Source: Bigelowiella natans CCMP2755 (lineage: Eukaryota > Protista > Cercozoa). From it: 64,000 nucleotides of DNA. Positions 63,484-64,000 of this stretch are shown piece by piece. Numbering within the stretch: the first letter of the stretch is position 1; each line of letters starts with the position of its first letter. The notes below the pieces were generated by a model. The model made no database searches. It was given only the letters and a program-made list of their open reading frames with translations, and was not told where the DNA came from. The stretch is from NCBI GenBank assembly GCA_000320545.1, contig ADNK01001859.1, positions 1 to 64,000 of the forward strand, read 5' to 3'. A program made the position numbers and the translations under genes.

Positions 63484-64000
63484 ATGAAGAAGCAAAAAAT
63501 AGAGAAGAAAAGACTTCAAGTCGTTTGGTATCTACTCGTATTTTGTTCCAAGCCTCACCGGCAACATCTGCTTAAAAGTTTCGTTTCTTCTGTCAGCTCC
63601 AATCCGAGGATACTTATCTGCCGAAACTTCATGAGCAAAGTTGAATGCGAAAGAATGATCCGGCTGTCTCTCCCATGCACGAAGCAGGTACCAGATGTAC
63701 TATTAGCATCATATTCAGTGATAACAATGCAAAGATGATATCTGCCCAAGGAGATTGTTGACGACGATGCATATGTTCTAATCTACAGCTACCGGGAGAC
63801 CAGAAACTTAGATGCGACCCCGGCGCTGAGGAAAACAGGGACAAGATATGCTCTGAAGATAGGGTCGGAAGACGAATTACACTAAAGTAGCTTGATTGAG
63901 CTTTCAATTGGGGTGTTTGTCGTTACATGCTTGTAGGAATTTGTTGAGACGATGGAGAGACGAATCGGCGAGCTTGTTGCCACCCCTCCACATTCCAAGG
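63484..64000 (+). CDS. Prolyl 4-hydroxylase-like 2OG-Fe(II) oxygenase, 5' part (partial, start uncertain)
   Basis: VSSVSSNPRILICRNFMSKVECERMIRLS and a later exon EFVETMERRIGELV match the N-terminal pattern of P4H catalytic domains. The HxD...H motif would lie beyond the window. Confidence 0.55.

Overview
Gene-dense, intron-rich eukaryotic (protist-like) nuclear DNA with GT-AG introns and many microsatellites. The style suggests a chlorarachniophyte or similar alga, but that is inference only. I found no prokaryotic, CRISPR, rRNA, tRNA or transposon signal. About 17 protein-coding genes can be reconstructed by hand, in order: an unknown 3' end, a UFD1-family/TRAF zinc-finger protein, NUP58, an ankyrin protein, an RCC1-like type I membrane protein, a secreted Lys-rich/vWD-like protein, a mitochondrial oxoglutarate/dicarboxylate carrier, a PUB-A20-AN1 protein, a PLC-like phosphodiesterase, a conserved multi-pass membrane protein, SHMT, a coiled-coil protein, a DHHC palmitoyltransferase, MYCBP, an ERO1 fusion, an unknown secreted protein, and a partial prolyl-4-hydroxylase-like gene. 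The standout is a 17-exon gene of about 1303 aa (51819-59295). It joins a signal peptide, ERO1 sulfhydryl oxidase, an Osm1/Frd1-type soluble fumarate reductase and cytochrome b5 in one reading frame, making it a candidate self-contained, oxygen-independent disulfide-formation enzyme. A second window-wide pattern is that all ~17 genes alternate strand. Divergent spacers are rich in A/T tracts, and convergent spacers are rich in purine-pyrimidine-alternating short palindromes. Exon boundaries were inferred by eye and need RNA-seq confirmation.
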